DNA of 64,000 nucleotides from NCBI GenBank assembly GCA_000165345.1, contig CM000435.1, positions 960,001 to 1,024,000 of the forward strand, read 5' to 3'. Shown piece by piece: positions 1 to 10,961 of this stretch (position 1 is its first letter; each line of letters starts with the position of its first letter). The notes under the pieces were generated by a model. It saw only the letters and a program-made list of their open reading frames with translations, ran no database searches and was not told where the DNA came from. The position numbers and the translations under genes were made by a program.

Positions 1-1239
1 GCAGAAAGCTTGGATGGATCCCAAACAACTAGGAATGGGTTCTTTGGGTTGCTCTCATCCAAAAACTGTCTTACCTTTGAGTGACTTCCTGGCATGTACA
101 ATCCAGCCTTCATGGTTCCAATTGGGCCTACGCCAGAAACCATTTTATCATGAATATATCCTCCCATTGGCCCCATTTGTCCACCCATTGAACCGAATGG
201 GCCTCCAATTGGACCTCCCATTGGACCCATTGGTCCCATTGGACCCATTTGGCCACCCATTGAACCTAATGGACCTCCCATTGGACCCATTGGACCCATT
301 GAACTACCTATTGGTCCTCCTATGGGGCCTCCCATTGGTCCCATTGAACCCATTGGTCCCATTGAACCCATTGGACCACCCATTGGTCCTGTCTGCGGCC
401 CCATTGGTCCCATTGGCCCGTAAACGTTTAATGAAACTTTTCCACCAGCGCCAGCATATCCCCTAATTCCGGATGGTCCCATCATTGATGGAGCACCGAA
501 TCTTGAAGCTTGAGAACCTAAAGCTGGAGGAATCCCTGGAACTCCTGCTGATAGTCTTACACTCTCCAACTCAGAGAATGTGGATGGATAAGGACCGAGC
601 ATTGTTTGAGCATCAAATTGAGTGGCTCTTGCCATCAAAGCCTTAATATGATCATCTGGTAATGGCCTTCCCTTCTCATCATGAGTTGGAATGGAAAGCT
701 TACCACCTGGATAATTCAACATATACTTCTCAGGATGGTAGTTTGGGCTGATTCTCAATGCATGAATCTCCTCTAAAGAGCCTTCTCTTGCTGAAAAGCC
801 TCTCTTCTTCAAAAATTGTAATCTAAGTCTTCCCTTAACTTTTGCTGAAACTTCTCCATCGGTTTGAACAACTACCTGATGTACCTTCTCATCCCATGCT
901 TCCTCAACTCCAGCTAAATTCAAGTCAGATGGAGCGAACAAAAGATTGTTAAAGTTGGCACGGTCTAGTCTGGGTAATGAAGGAGGGCTTGATGTTAGCT
1001 TAGAATCAAACATCTTCTTCTGCTCTTCAGCGAGCTTAATCTGAGCTGCAATCTCTGGATCTTTCATCATTCTATCGCTAACCTTAATACCACTAATAAT
1101 CTGTGGAGTTCTTGCAGAATCCATGATCTGCTTTTTAACCATACTTCTTGCAATGTTTCCACTTCTAGATAAATATCCTGCCCCAAGACATCCTCCTATC
1201 AATGCTAACTCAACCACTAAAATCAAAATATTTCTCATC
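1..1239 (-). CDS. Signal-peptide protein with Gly-Pro-Met (GPMG/SMG/PIG) tandem repeats. The N-terminal 413 codons are present; the C-terminus runs off the window start.
   Basis: ATG at 1239..1237 on the minus strand, followed by MRNILILVVELALIGGCLGAGYL (hydrophobic signal or anchor). The frame stays open through all 413 codons to position 1. The CCATTGGNCC repeats at about 14-420 encode roughly 35 units of PMG/SMG/PIG. The track's + ORF 14..466 is the mirror image of this gene. The gene is missing from the track because it is truncated. Confidence 0.6.
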
Positions 1240-1505
1240 TTTTATTTCTAAAAGCCTCAAATATATAATTTATTAAAGACAACTCTTCTTTGAATATATA
1301 TATATATCCTTCAATTATTCACTTCTCCTCTTATGAACCCTTATTTATGATCAAGTAAGTGTCCAATATTTTATCCTACCTTGAAAAACAAGGAATTATT
1401 ATTAGCTCTCACTCTCTCACTTTCAATCTCCTACTTATCTGCCTTTGTTGCACTGGGAAAAAAAATTCTACTCCTCATTAGATCCAGTAATATAAATTAA
1501 TAGAT

Positions 1506-1513
1506 GGCGCCAA
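1506..1513. promoter_or_regulatory. E2F-like GGCGCCAA box in the divergent promoter between 1239(-) and 2078(+). A second box, GTTCCCGCC, lies at 1858-1866.
   Basis: GC-rich octamer in AT-rich intergenic DNA. It is of the same class as the boxes upstream of most genes in this window. Confidence 0.4.
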
Positions 1514-1779
1514 CGTCGAGACTTGCATCTATTAATCTTTTTATTCATCTAGCATTTTTTGAATATTATACAAAAACATTACGTACAAATCAGCCGGTAG
1601 AAATAGTTATTTTTGACTCTAAATCAATTTTTCTTCCTATTTTTTGCACCTTTTTTCACTGGCAAGATTCTCAGCAATGTATCCTAGGTTGTCTTTCTTT
1701 ATCCAATAGAAGTTCTACCCACATTATCAGATACATTCTTCTTCATATTTAGTTTTGATCTTTTGTTGAGTGTTTTTGA

Positions 1780-1799
1780 TTTTTTTTTTTTTTTTTTTT
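1780..1799. repeat. Homopolymer (dT)20 in a divergent promoter region
   Basis: Uninterrupted T run seen directly. It lies between the minus-strand GPMG gene start (1239) and the plus-strand gene at 2078. Confidence 0.8.
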
Positions 1800-2077
1800 G
1801 CCTTAAATTTGCCTAAATTCTCCGTAGCTTTCCTTTACTGTGAACTTTTTCAGAAAAAGTTCCCGCCGGATTCTAATATGCACGGGTCACTTTATACCAG
1901 AAGTAAATTGGAGGTTGAAAGTTCTGATAATATCTTTCCCAGTTTTGTATGAAATCAACTCAAAATTATATGAATATCCCTGGATTAATCGTAATTAAGT
2001 GACTTTTAAACCTGGCAATCCTCTAAAACCTTTTCTCTAAATTTTGCCAAAGCTATGGATGTTCTCAAAGTAATAAT

Positions 2078-3643
2078 ATGAATAGCCCTTTAAACGATTC
2101 GAATCAACCCACATCGAGAAATGTGGAAAAGATTTACATTGAGATCAAGGATGCTTCAGAAGATTCCTCGGGTTCTGAGAATGACATTTTAATCAGAAAT
2201 GGCATGCAAATAAAGCAAAAACCGTTTCTAATTTGGAAGACACAAAACCTAACAATTGGTCATTATATTCTATTTTATGGGTGTATCCAAGGATATATGG
2301 AGCAGTTATTCCCTGCAAACTACGCACTTTTTGAAAGCCTTTTGTCAATGGATCCAGTTGCTATTGGTACAGCAGCTTTCTTACAAAAGCTTATGTTTAC
2401 CATTGCTTCACCATTTTGGGGAATGATAATAGATAACTCGGACCCAATTAATATTATGAGATTCTCAATCATTTCACTAACAATTTCTTCACTTCTAATA
2501 TGTTTTTCACATACAATAAACCAATTTTTCTTTTCTATGTGTTTTTGGGGATTATTTTCCGCAGTACTTGGTCCATTATCGCAAAAGATAGCCTCAGATA
2601 AGATTTTAGATGGTGGAAGAGGAAAATACTTTGGACAACTTATGTTTTTCCAGACAATTGGAAGACAGTGTGCTCTACTATTTACAGGACTTGTAAGCAA
2701 TAAACATCAAATTGAAACTTCAAAGCAATTTGGATTCTGGATGTTTCCATTTCTTCTTTCAAGTTTATCTGGAATAGTTCTTTTTACATTATTAAAAATA
2801 TTTATTTCCAGTAGTAACAAAGACTATCAGCAAAGCCAAAAACATTTATTTTTAAAATTTAATGGAATTTCATCTATCAAAAATTTAGGCTACGTTTTCA
2901 AGTCAAAAACTGTAATTTCGTTATTTATCCTGGGAATGGTCAATGCAATACCCAGAAGCGCTTTGAACTTTATTCCAATGTGGCTCCAATCAACTGGACT
3001 TTCTCAATTTAGCGCTTCATTCATTGTTTCAATTAGTTGGGTTGCTGCAATGTTTGTATCGCCTATAGTTGGTTTTGTTAGTGATATATTTTACAACTTC
3101 TCTCCTTCCAAAGGAAGGATATTGATGGCTCAGCTTTCCCTAGTTTTCAGATCCATATTCCTATACTTTCTAATTGCAAGAGTCCCTACTGCAGTTTCTT
3201 ATTTCGATTCCGAACAATCTAAATTAATGGTTTATTCTATTATTTCGTTCATTATTGGATTATTTGCAGGATGGCCTGGAATTGGCGCTTGTAGACCCAT
3301 CCTCTGCGAAGTTATTCTACCTCAACATAGAGCAACAGTTTTTGCTCTATCATCCACATTCGAAGGAATTGGAGCAGCATTTTTCGGAACTAGATTTGTT
3401 GGAGATCTTGCAGTTTCTATTTTTGGATACAACTCAAGCAAACAACTATCAGGTTCTACTTCAAATTATATTGCACTGGGTAATGCCATTCTTTGCATGA
3501 CAATTTTCCCTTGGATGATCAGTATTTTACTTTTCTACTTCATTACAAGAGAAAGTCAAAAGATTGTGCACATCAGTAAGGACAAATCAAGCATGGAAAA
3601 GATTCCCGATACACAGTCATTCATTGAAATCAAGGCAGTATAG
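2078..3643 (+). CDS. Polytopic membrane protein, major-facilitator-like transporter (521 aa)
   Basis: ATG start. About 10-12 hydrophobic helices are distributed along the ORF, for example GTAAFLQKLMFTIASPFWGMII, ISLTISSLLICF and ISLFILGMVNAIP, with a charged N-terminal tail. There are no in-frame stops. The family assignment rests on topology only. Confidence 0.5.
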   Translation: MNSPLNDSNQPTSRNVEKIYIEIKDASEDSSGSENDILIRNGMQIKQKPFLIWKTQNLTIGHYILFYGCIQGYMEQLFPANYALFESLLSMDPVAIGTAAFLQKLMFTIASPFWGMIIDNSDPINIMRFSIISLTISSLLICFSHTINQFFFSMCFWGLFSAVLGPLSQKIASDKILDGGRGKYFGQLMFFQTIGRQCALLFTGLVSNKHQIETSKQFGFWMFPFLLSSLSGIVLFTLLKIFISSSNKDYQQSQKHLFLKFNGISSIKNLGYVFKSKTVISLFILGMVNAIPRSALNFIPMWLQSTGLSQFSASFIVSISWVAAMFVSPIVGFVSDIFYNFSPSKGRILMAQLSLVFRSIFLYFLIARVPTAVSYFDSEQSKLMVYSIISFIIGLFAGWPGIGACRPILCEVILPQHRATVFALSSTFEGIGAAFFGTRFVGDLAVSIFGYNSSKQLSGSTSNYIALGNAILCMTIFPWMISILLFYFITRESQKIVHISKDKSSMEKIPDTQSFIEIKAV

Positions 3644-3900
3644 CATTTTTTGACTCAATTAATTAAAACATATATATATCAATTTATACTTATCTATTTT
3701 TATTTTTTGTATAGATTTACTCTCCTAAAGATCTGTTTTTTTAGTTATTTAACTTTTTTTTTCTCTTTACACTTGTATATCTAAGTCTACACTTTTTAGG
3801 CGCCAATTTCACATGCAGTGTAAGAAGTTGACAATTATCAAGATATACTGATCAGAATAATAAATTTAATTGCCAAAAAAAAGAGTAAATTTTTCCAAAG

Positions 3901-4993
3901 ATGGATGTTACTCAAATTTTTGTTTGCGAGGTTAGTTTACTGTGATTTAGCTGTTATTTATCATTTACATATTGATTTTCGTTCTTAGGAATGTGGATCT
4001 GCGTATACTGGAAGAGAAATATATAGTCGTCACTTAGAAATAGCTCACAAAAAGAAGACGAATGTAAGAAAAATTATAGAGAATGCCAAAAGTAAGGCTG
4101 GAAATGTGACAAGTGCTCCAACTTTTGTAGAGTCTTATCTCCCTTCCAAAAATAAGGATGGAAAGGACTCAAATACTAAGAACCAGAGAGCAGACTTCCC
4201 GAGGGTCTCCATTGACCCATTTGACCCTAAAGAAAAGAATTTTATTGAGGAAATTGGTCATGGAGTTGCTGCTGAGAGACTTGCTCAATATCTGAATGCC
4301 ACAGGCTCTTCCTTAGCAAAGGAAATCCCAAAGTCTAATGTGCCTAAAGCGGAAAAATCTGCAAGTAAGAAGCCTGAAGATAAATCAATATCATTAGATG
4401 AAATCTCCAAGAGTCTCCTTCCTATTCACTTAGATATTGTCAAACTTTCTCAAATTCCACCAATTCTTGGGTTGCAACTAGAAGTTTCAATGGGTCAACT
4501 TACAAACTGGTGCAACCAAGTTGAAAAATACATCGAGATTAAAGGACAAAAAAAAGGTTTATTTAGAGCAAAGAAGAAGTCCCTTCTGGCCAACTTTGAA
4601 AAAGTTCTAGTTCAATCCAGAGAATATATTAATAACACTCTTCGTCCGGAAGTAAAGAAGTGTTCTGCAATTTGTTCGCTTCTTGAACAGCAGTTCAATG
4701 AAGTAGAGTCTATCAGAACAAAAGTTAATAATATGTCAAGATCAGGATCATACTCAGCAACTGAGACTTCTGAATTGGTTTCAAAATATAATGAAATCTC
4801 AAAGACTTTCCTACGCGAAATTGTTCACAATAATAAAAAGATATTATTCTGGAACGCAACAGTTGAGGAGATCCATAACCAAGTAAAGGAAATGGTCAAT
4901 CTATTTAACGAGCAGATAGATATGTTATCTAGAGAATTCAACTCTAAGATGATTTTTACTCTATTTTTACCGCAAAAGGTTATTTTCATCTAA
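3901..4993 (+). CDS. Two-exon gene: N-terminal C2H2-type zinc finger followed by a coiled-coil/low-complexity protein. join(3901..3930,3989..4993).
   Basis: ATG 3901, then a 30-nt exon MDVTQIFVCE ending at GTTAGT (3931). A 58-nt AT-rich intron ends in ttcttAG (3987-3988). Exon 2 is in phase and there is a TAG at 3986-88 in the unspliced frame. The junction builds CEECGSAYTGREIYSRHLEIAH, which is C-x2-C-x12-H-x4-H. The track ORF 4106..4993 starts at a GTG inside exon 2. Confidence 0.5.
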
Positions 4994-5173
4994 TTCTAAT
5001 GTAGTAGATCAAGAGGGGGGAAGAATGTGAAATCAAGGATGATTAACGGATAGCTTCTCTGTTTGTGTATAACTTATTTTCCTAATTAATTATTCCTCTT
5101 AAAATTTTTCTTTTAAACTTTTTTATTTCGAGCAATTTACTTCTTTCCTCTAAATCTTTGACTCGTAACGAAT

Positions 5174-5184
5174 GAGCGCCAAAA
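5174..5184. promoter_or_regulatory. E2F-like GAGCGCCAAAA box about 220 nt upstream of the CAP-repeat gene. A related box TTTTTAGGCGCCAATTT at 3794-3810 serves the gene at 3901.
   Basis: Seen directly. Confidence 0.4.
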
Positions 5185-5401
5185 TTTGGGTACTTCGAGC
5201 TATTAATTGCAAAATATTGGATTTAATTTGGGGCACTATGGGCTGATCTATACTGTTTATTAAAACAACAGAGACAATTTTTTTCTGCACTAGCAGAACT
5301 GTACTAATTTCTTTTCATTATTCTGATTCAGAGGATTTTTATTTGAATTAAAAGATTGCAAGAATCTTAAAATACTTAAGGCTCACAAGAAGACTTTGAA
5401 T

Positions 5402-8400
5402 ATGGAACTTTTCAAAAAGGTTTTTCTCTTGACAATCTTTTACTTTGGACTTTCTGCCTCGCAGGATTTGAGCATTTTAAGCGACCCAGCTAGTAATCAA
5501 ATAGGTAATACTGAATCCCACACAGAAGATCTAGAAAACTATGTCAGTATAGATAATGATTTTGAGAAGATTAATAGAAACGTAACACTTGAGCTATTGA
5601 ATGGTGAAAACACAAACAAAAATGATATGTCTGAAACCTGGAACTTACATCTTAACAATGGTGAAACCTTCAAAGAAAGTGATAACACTTACTACTCCAA
5701 AATTGGCAAGTCACCTGAGAATATTGCAAAAAATATCCCGGATATCAGAGCTGCTATTTTGAATTGTATGAATCAAATCAGATCTGTAGAAGGAGAGAAA
5801 GCTGCAAATATGAACATGTTAGCTTGGGATTACACAATTGAAGGATATGCAACCAACTCAGCTCAAAGGATATGTTCTACTGGAGAAGTTCTCCAAAGCC
5901 CTAATGTATGGCCATACAAAGGAGCTGAGGGAGAACTAATAGCCACTTCTCCCCAACTCCATAGTGCAGATCCTAGGACAGTAATGGATAAGGTCTGTGA
6001 TCTTGTTCAACAGTGGAACAATACAAGTTCTTTCTTGCCAAGACAAACAGATTTTTCAAACATTTTTAAATGGGATATTGGAAATTCTTACCAGTATGCA
6101 GAACCATACTTACAGCTTGTTTTAGCCAAGACCACTGTTGTTGGATGTTCTTTCCAAACAAACTGTCATGATAATGTTGGAACTGTTGTTGTTTGCCAAT
6201 TTAGTGATAAGCCTGACCCAGAAGTCCCCCCTTATGCACATATTCACAAGGCTTTCAATCTCACTGAACCTCAACGTCAGCCATGCGGAAGATGTGGTTT
6301 TGGAGCCAAATGTTGTTATCAAAATCTGTGTGTTGGAAGAGACATTGGATCATCCTGTCCAAAATGTACTTTTTCAGATCCAATTAACGAAAATAATGAT
6401 GATCTTTCCTATTGCTTGGATAAGTATTACCAAACCTGTTCAAGCTCGAACTGTCCTGATGCATGTGTAGATAAGCATCAGGTTCCTGAAGGAATTCTTA
6501 TAAACCAATGTTTATGTACTTCCAAACAACTTATTGAAGACATGCTTCTTTTTGATCAACTTCCCCTCGACCCTCAGTTATCTTATACTGAGGGCTGGAA
6601 AAATAAGAAAGTCTATCTTCACGGAGTCTGCAGAAACGTCAATGGAGATGCTCCAAAAGTTATTGAAATTCCAGATGTAGGTGGAAATCATGAAGAACAA
6701 GAGCCTGAAGAGATTAATATTGGAGCCAAAATTATTTCTTCAGATAGCATCAGATCAGCAGTTTTGAATAATTTGAATACTGTCAGATCATCTCAACCTG
6801 CTGCTGATATGGCAATGTTAATGTATGATTTCACTCTCGAAGGTTATTCTAGAGTCAGAGCCAAACAAATTTGTGAGTCTGAAGATCAATTCTCAGAATT
6901 CTTGGGTATCAATGGAACCTTCCCACCATTTGTCAAATGGCCATACAGAGGAGGATCTGGTGAGACATTGTATCTGTTAAATGAGACATCCTCCATTCCA
7001 GTTGATATTGATGATCAGGAAATGGCTAATATGCAATTAGGAAATGCTGATCCAATCCAGATTATAGAAGATGCAGTACAAAGTTGGTATTCTGAAGGTG
7101 AAACCTTTGATTTCTACAATGTTACAAATAACTATGGAAAAGACTTCTATAACTATAGAATGATTCTAAGAGCAGAAGCAACAGGTGTTGGTTGTTCTAT
7201 AGCAACTAACTGTAAACTAAATGGTATTAAGACAGTTCTTGTTTGCCAATACAACTATCCAAACTTCAAAGACCCAATGCACGTTAAAGAATCAATTTCA
7301 AGAAGAAAGCTTTTGGATATCAAATATCTAGAATATGACTTACCTTATCTCCATATTGAAGCTGATCCATTCCTGCTCCTGCAACAAAGAAGACCTTGTG
7401 GTCGTTGTAGAAGAGGTTCTACATGCTGTGAAAACAATCTCTGTGTTGGTATTGATATATCACAATCTAGTATTACTTTTGTTCCCCCAATTCTGGAAAA
7501 CCGTCAGAATGGAGGTTGCAGATCTGCCTTTGTGAGACCTTGTAACCAACTAAATTGTCAGGTTAACTGCATGAATCCAAGTAGTTCATATTTAGCTCAC
7601 CAATGTTTCTGTGTAAGTCCAGAAAATATGAGCAAACTTGCCTTTGCAAATCCCGAGGCTTTAGAAGTTAACAAAACTCTTATTGAGGAAATTTACAACA
7701 GAAATACTACCACTGATGGATTTAACCGTATGTTAATGATAGATGGAGTTTCTACTCCATATCCCATAGCAACTTATGGTTACTTGTTTGGTTTGGTAAA
7801 CTCTCATGGTTTGTGTCTCAAGCTTCCAGGCTTTGAAGAAGAATATAGTGAGACAGTAATGGATTCTATTGAAGGTAATATAACTGCTAATATTGAAAGA
7901 ATGGGATTCTCTGTGGATAACGACAACATTACATTATTGTCTGACGTCTTTATGGATTTACCAGAGGATGATTCTTTCACTCAAAAAGATCTAACTGACA
8001 AATTTAGACAAGAGTTTTTGCTTGCAATCAATAGTTTCAGAAGTATTGTGGGTAAATTTGCAACAAACATGAACAAATTGGCTTACGACTTCACATTAGA
8101 AGGAATTGCTAAGTCTTCAGCAAAACAATGCCAAATTGCATCCCTAAATAGGTTCTTTGAAATCAATGGAGTTCCTCCTCTAACTTACTTATCTCCAGCT
8201 AATGAGACACTACTACCAAATAATGTAGCATCCATAGTAGCTAGCTGGGCTAAACCACTAATCTCAACAAATGGTAATATTCAAGGTGAAAATTTTCTTG
8301 AATCTTTAAATAAGCATGGAAAATCCCTCCCCGATTCAGCAAAACAACTATTTAGTGCTCATGCCACTTCTGTTGGTTGTTCAATATTTTCAAATTGTCC

Positions 8401-10399
8401 AGAAGGAAGATACTTTGTAGTTTGTCAGTTCAATCATCTCGACAAAACAGAATATCCCTTTAAGCCAATAGAAGATGGATTAAATATTCCAAAAGCTCCA
8501 TGCAGTTGTTGTGGATCGAAAGCAAGTTGTTGTGAAAATAACCTTTGTGTAGGCGGAAATAGTATTGGACAAGATTTCTCAGTATGTAATGATATTTCCC
8601 TCAGTAATGAAGATGGAAAGTCATGTAGTTCCTCTTTTTACAAGAGCTGCAAAGATCTGAACTGTAAAGGACAATGCCTAAAACCATTGGAAGAAAGTGA
8701 TCCTTTCTATGATCATTACATTTTTAACCAATGTACATGCAGTAAAAAGAAGAGTGGAAGTTCTCCTCAATCAGGATTACTACAGGATGGAAAAGCCTTG
8801 ATTAGAGGAAGTTGTATAAGTGTAAATACAACTAGATTGGATTCTCCAAGTGTTCTTGTAACACATAACAACTTATTAGATTTGGAGCTTATTTCTAATG
8901 GAAGAAATGGTAATACAGTTTCTCAAGCTCTTTCATCAGCTTTACAAACTGAACTCAAGGGAAAATTAACAATACTAGATTCAAGGCCTATTCTTTATGC
9001 TTTGAATAAGAAACGAAGCAAATTAGGTGAGAATTCAGTTAATATGAATATGTTAAAATGGGATTATTCTCTACAGGGATATGCTCAAAACTGGGCTACA
9101 GTTTGTTTGGCAGGAAAGAACAATAATAGTCCTCACGAGTTCCCATACAGAGGTGGAGAGAGTGAGGTTGTTTATTCTTCTGAGATAGGTGAAGAATACG
9201 ACGAACGAAATTCTCCTTTGAAGATTGTCGATTCCTGGTTTTCAGCTGAAGAAGTATATGAAAGAAATAATGGAACAATTCCAATTACTCCAAGAGTCAT
9301 GGATTTCATTACGGTGTCTCAAGCAACAGCCTCTTCTGTAGGTTGTTCGGTCGTTAAAGGATGTCCAAACGCTGGATTTGTTGTAGTTTGTCAATTTGAC
9401 TCTGCAGTTAATCTAAATAAGTATCCTTATATAAGAATTTCGGAAGCCAAGGAAAATAATGTACCTGAATCACAGGCTCATCCCTGCGGAAAATGTTCTT
9501 CAGGATCAACATGTTGCAGTGAAAATCTATGTGTAGGAATATCTCAGAACCCAAGTAAACTCGCAACACCATTGATTGCAAAGCTTTCTTCCAGTAGAAA
9601 TTGTATTTCGTCCATTTCCAAAAAATGTAGCCCAGGATTATGCTCAGAAGGTTGTATTCCCCAGGTAACTCCTGAAGAATCAGAAAAGATTACTTTATAT
9701 GATGATGATAACTCAATTCAATTTACAATTAATCAGTGTCAGTGTGTCTCCGGAGAATTCTTGGAAACACCAACTGATGCCTGGAAATTCGGAATGGTAC
9801 GTAGAAACGGAAATTGCGAGAAAGTAAGAGGTTATAGTGTTGAAGCAACAAAAACTCAAATTCATTACTATAATGCAGTTACAAACACCACAGGCAGTTC
9901 TAATCAAGACTCTACCATTGATAATAGCAGCTTTGAAGGGAAAAAAGATAAATCAAAACAAGAATTCTCGCGAGAGTGTATTGATCGAGCTAATGAGAAT
10001 GGATTGTCCTTGAAATGTATCGCAAATCCATTAAAATGCTCTAGCCACACTTTATGCTATGCATACCCAAGTAGAAAGAATTGCTTCTGTAGAGACGAGA
10101 ATAGTGAAAAATGCGAGGCATTAAAGCTTTGCAGAAGAGATTTGCAAAATCCAGTTGACTTTGTAAATCCAAATTGTACTGGCAGACATGCCTTATCTGA
10201 AGGCTGTCCTTGCTCAAGAAATATATTCAGTCTAGAGTGCAGCTGCAGCGTCTACCCAAAAAATCCCGGATGCCCTTGTGACAAGGAGCCAAAATCTTTC
10301 ATATGCAAGGATTTACTTAGAACATCAGAAGCAGCTCAAGAGAAAATAAGCTTTGCCTTGTCCGAAGTTAATCGCGTTTCTAAAACACTAAGAGGTTAG
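5402..10399 (+). CDS. Secreted cysteine-rich giant protein (about 1665 aa) with four tandem CAP/SCP/PR-1-like modules plus Cys-knot/EGF-like spacers
   Basis: The true ATG is at 5402; the track starts at TTG 5396. The signal peptide is MELFKKVFLLTIFYFGLSASQD. The four modules each open with a CAP1-like motif (NMNMLAWDYTIEGYATNSAQRIC, ADMAMLMYDFTLEGYSRVRAKQIC, TNMNKLAYDFTLEGIAKSSAKQCQ, VNMNMLKWDYSLQGYAQNWATVC). Each closes with a VGCS..NC.....VVVCQF (CAP3/4-like) motif. Each is followed by a conserved PCG(R/K)C...CC.(E)NLCVG motif and a C..C...NQC.C block. Confidence 0.7.
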   Translation: MELFKKVFLLTIFYFGLSASQDLSILSDPASNQIGNTESHTEDLENYVSIDNDFEKINRNVTLELLNGENTNKNDMSETWNLHLNNGETFKESDNTYYSKIGKSPENIAKNIPDIRAAILNCMNQIRSVEGEKAANMNMLAWDYTIEGYATNSAQRICSTGEVLQSPNVWPYKGAEGELIATSPQLHSADPRTVMDKVCDLVQQWNNTSSFLPRQTDFSNIFKWDIGNSYQYAEPYLQLVLAKTTVVGCSFQTNCHDNVGTVVVCQFSDKPDPEVPPYAHIHKAFNLTEPQRQPCGRCGFGAKCCYQNLCVGRDIGSSCPKCTFSDPINENNDDLSYCLDKYYQTCSSSNCPDACVDKHQVPEGILINQCLCTSKQLIEDMLLFDQLPLDPQLSYTEGWKNKKVYLHGVCRNVNGDAPKVIEIPDVGGNHEEQEPEEINIGAKIISSDSIRSAVLNNLNTVRSSQPAADMAMLMYDFTLEGYSRVRAKQICESEDQFSEFLGINGTFPPFVKWPYRGGSGETLYLLNETSSIPVDIDDQEMANMQLGNADPIQIIEDAVQSWYSEGETFDFYNVTNNYGKDFYNYRMILRAEATGVGCSIATNCKLNGIKTVLVCQYNYPNFKDPMHVKESISRRKLLDIKYLEYDLPYLHIEADPFLLLQQRRPCGRCRRGSTCCENNLCVGIDISQSSITFVPPILENRQNGGCRSAFVRPCNQLNCQVNCMNPSSSYLAHQCFCVSPENMSKLAFANPEALEVNKTLIEEIYNRNTTTDGFNRMLMIDGVSTPYPIATYGYLFGLVNSHGLCLKLPGFEEEYSETVMDSIEGNITANIERMGFSVDNDNITLLSDVFMDLPEDDSFTQKDLTDKFRQEFLLAINSFRSIVGKFATNMNKLAYDFTLEGIAKSSAKQCQIASLNRFFEINGVPPLTYLSPANETLLPNNVASIVASWAKPLISTNGNIQGENFLESLNKHGKSLPDSAKQLFSAHATSVGCSIFSNCPEGRYFVVCQFNHLDKTEYPFKPIEDGLNIPKAPCSCCGSKASCCENNLCVGGNSIGQDFSVCNDISLSNEDGKSCSSSFYKSCKDLNCKGQCLKPLEESDPFYDHYIFNQCTCSKKKSGSSPQSGLLQDGKALIRGSCISVNTTRLDSPSVLVTHNNLLDLELISNGRNGNTVSQALSSALQTELKGKLTILDSRPILYALNKKRSKLGENSVNMNMLKWDYSLQGYAQNWATVCLAGKNNNSPHEFPYRGGESEVVYSSEIGEEYDERNSPLKIVDSWFSAEEVYERNNGTIPITPRVMDFITVSQATASSVGCSVVKGCPNAGFVVVCQFDSAVNLNKYPYIRISEAKENNVPESQAHPCGKCSSGSTCCSENLCVGISQNPSKLATPLIAKLSSSRNCISSISKKCSPGLCSEGCIPQVTPEESEKITLYDDDNSIQFTINQCQCVSGEFLETPTDAWKFGMVRRNGNCEKVRGYSVEATKTQIHYYNAVTNTTGSSNQDSTIDNSSFEGKKDKSKQEFSRECIDRANENGLSLKCIANPLKCSSHTLCYAYPSRKNCFCRDENSEKCEALKLCRRDLQNPVDFVNPNCTGRHALSEGCPCSRNIFSLECSCSVYPKNPGCPCDKEPKSFICKDLLRTSEAAQEKISFALSEVNRVSKTLRG

Positions 10400-10520
10400 G
10401 CTAATTAGCTAGGCACTGTGTGAATGTTAATCTTCATTTATCTCAGTTTTGTTTTCTCTACCAATCTGAAAAATATTCCAAAGTGGTTTGTCTAGAATAC
10501 GAGTTATATTTCGGTTCAAG

Positions 10521-10536
10521 TTTCCCGCCTAAAAAA
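10521..10536. promoter_or_regulatory. E2F-like TTTCCCGCCTAAAAAA. AAGGCGCCAAAC at 10856-10867 lies upstream of the gene at 10962.
   Basis: Matches TTTSSCGC. Confidence 0.4.
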
Positions 10537-10961
10537 CCTGTTTTTTTTCTTGTCATAAAGGAAATAAATTGCTGAATAAATACTGATTAAAAAAACGGTG
10601 AAATAAAGAAAATAGTTTGGATACTATAAATGTGTTCCAAAACAACTCCATGAATTTCAAAATTAATACTGAAGGATAAAACTTAGTTTAGTAAAAATTT
10701 ATTTCTCTGTAAATAAGAATGTCACAATAGATTTCATATAATTTAATTAAATAAAATTAAATAATATAAAGGAAATATGTAAAAAATAATTTCACTTTGG
10801 AAATCAAAAGAAATCGATAATTATTTTAGTTATTAATGCCCAAGTAACCGCAATAAGGCGCCAAACTAAGAAATAACCAAACATAATAAATAACAAATCA
10901 TTTAATAACTAAAATAGAAATTTGCAATGATTTGAAACGAAATAATTCTGAATGGTGATTG

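Noticed and set aside
14-466. Track ORF encoding PLDPLVPLDP repeats on the + strand
   Set aside because: It is the reverse-complement shadow of the minus-strand GPMG-repeat gene. The minus frame has an ATG, a signal peptide and a 413-codon open frame. The + ORF is repeat-driven and short.
1-1239. Collagen-like protein
   Set aside because: The Gly periodicity is not a strict every-third-residue pattern. It is a PMG/SMG tripeptide repeat with register breaks.
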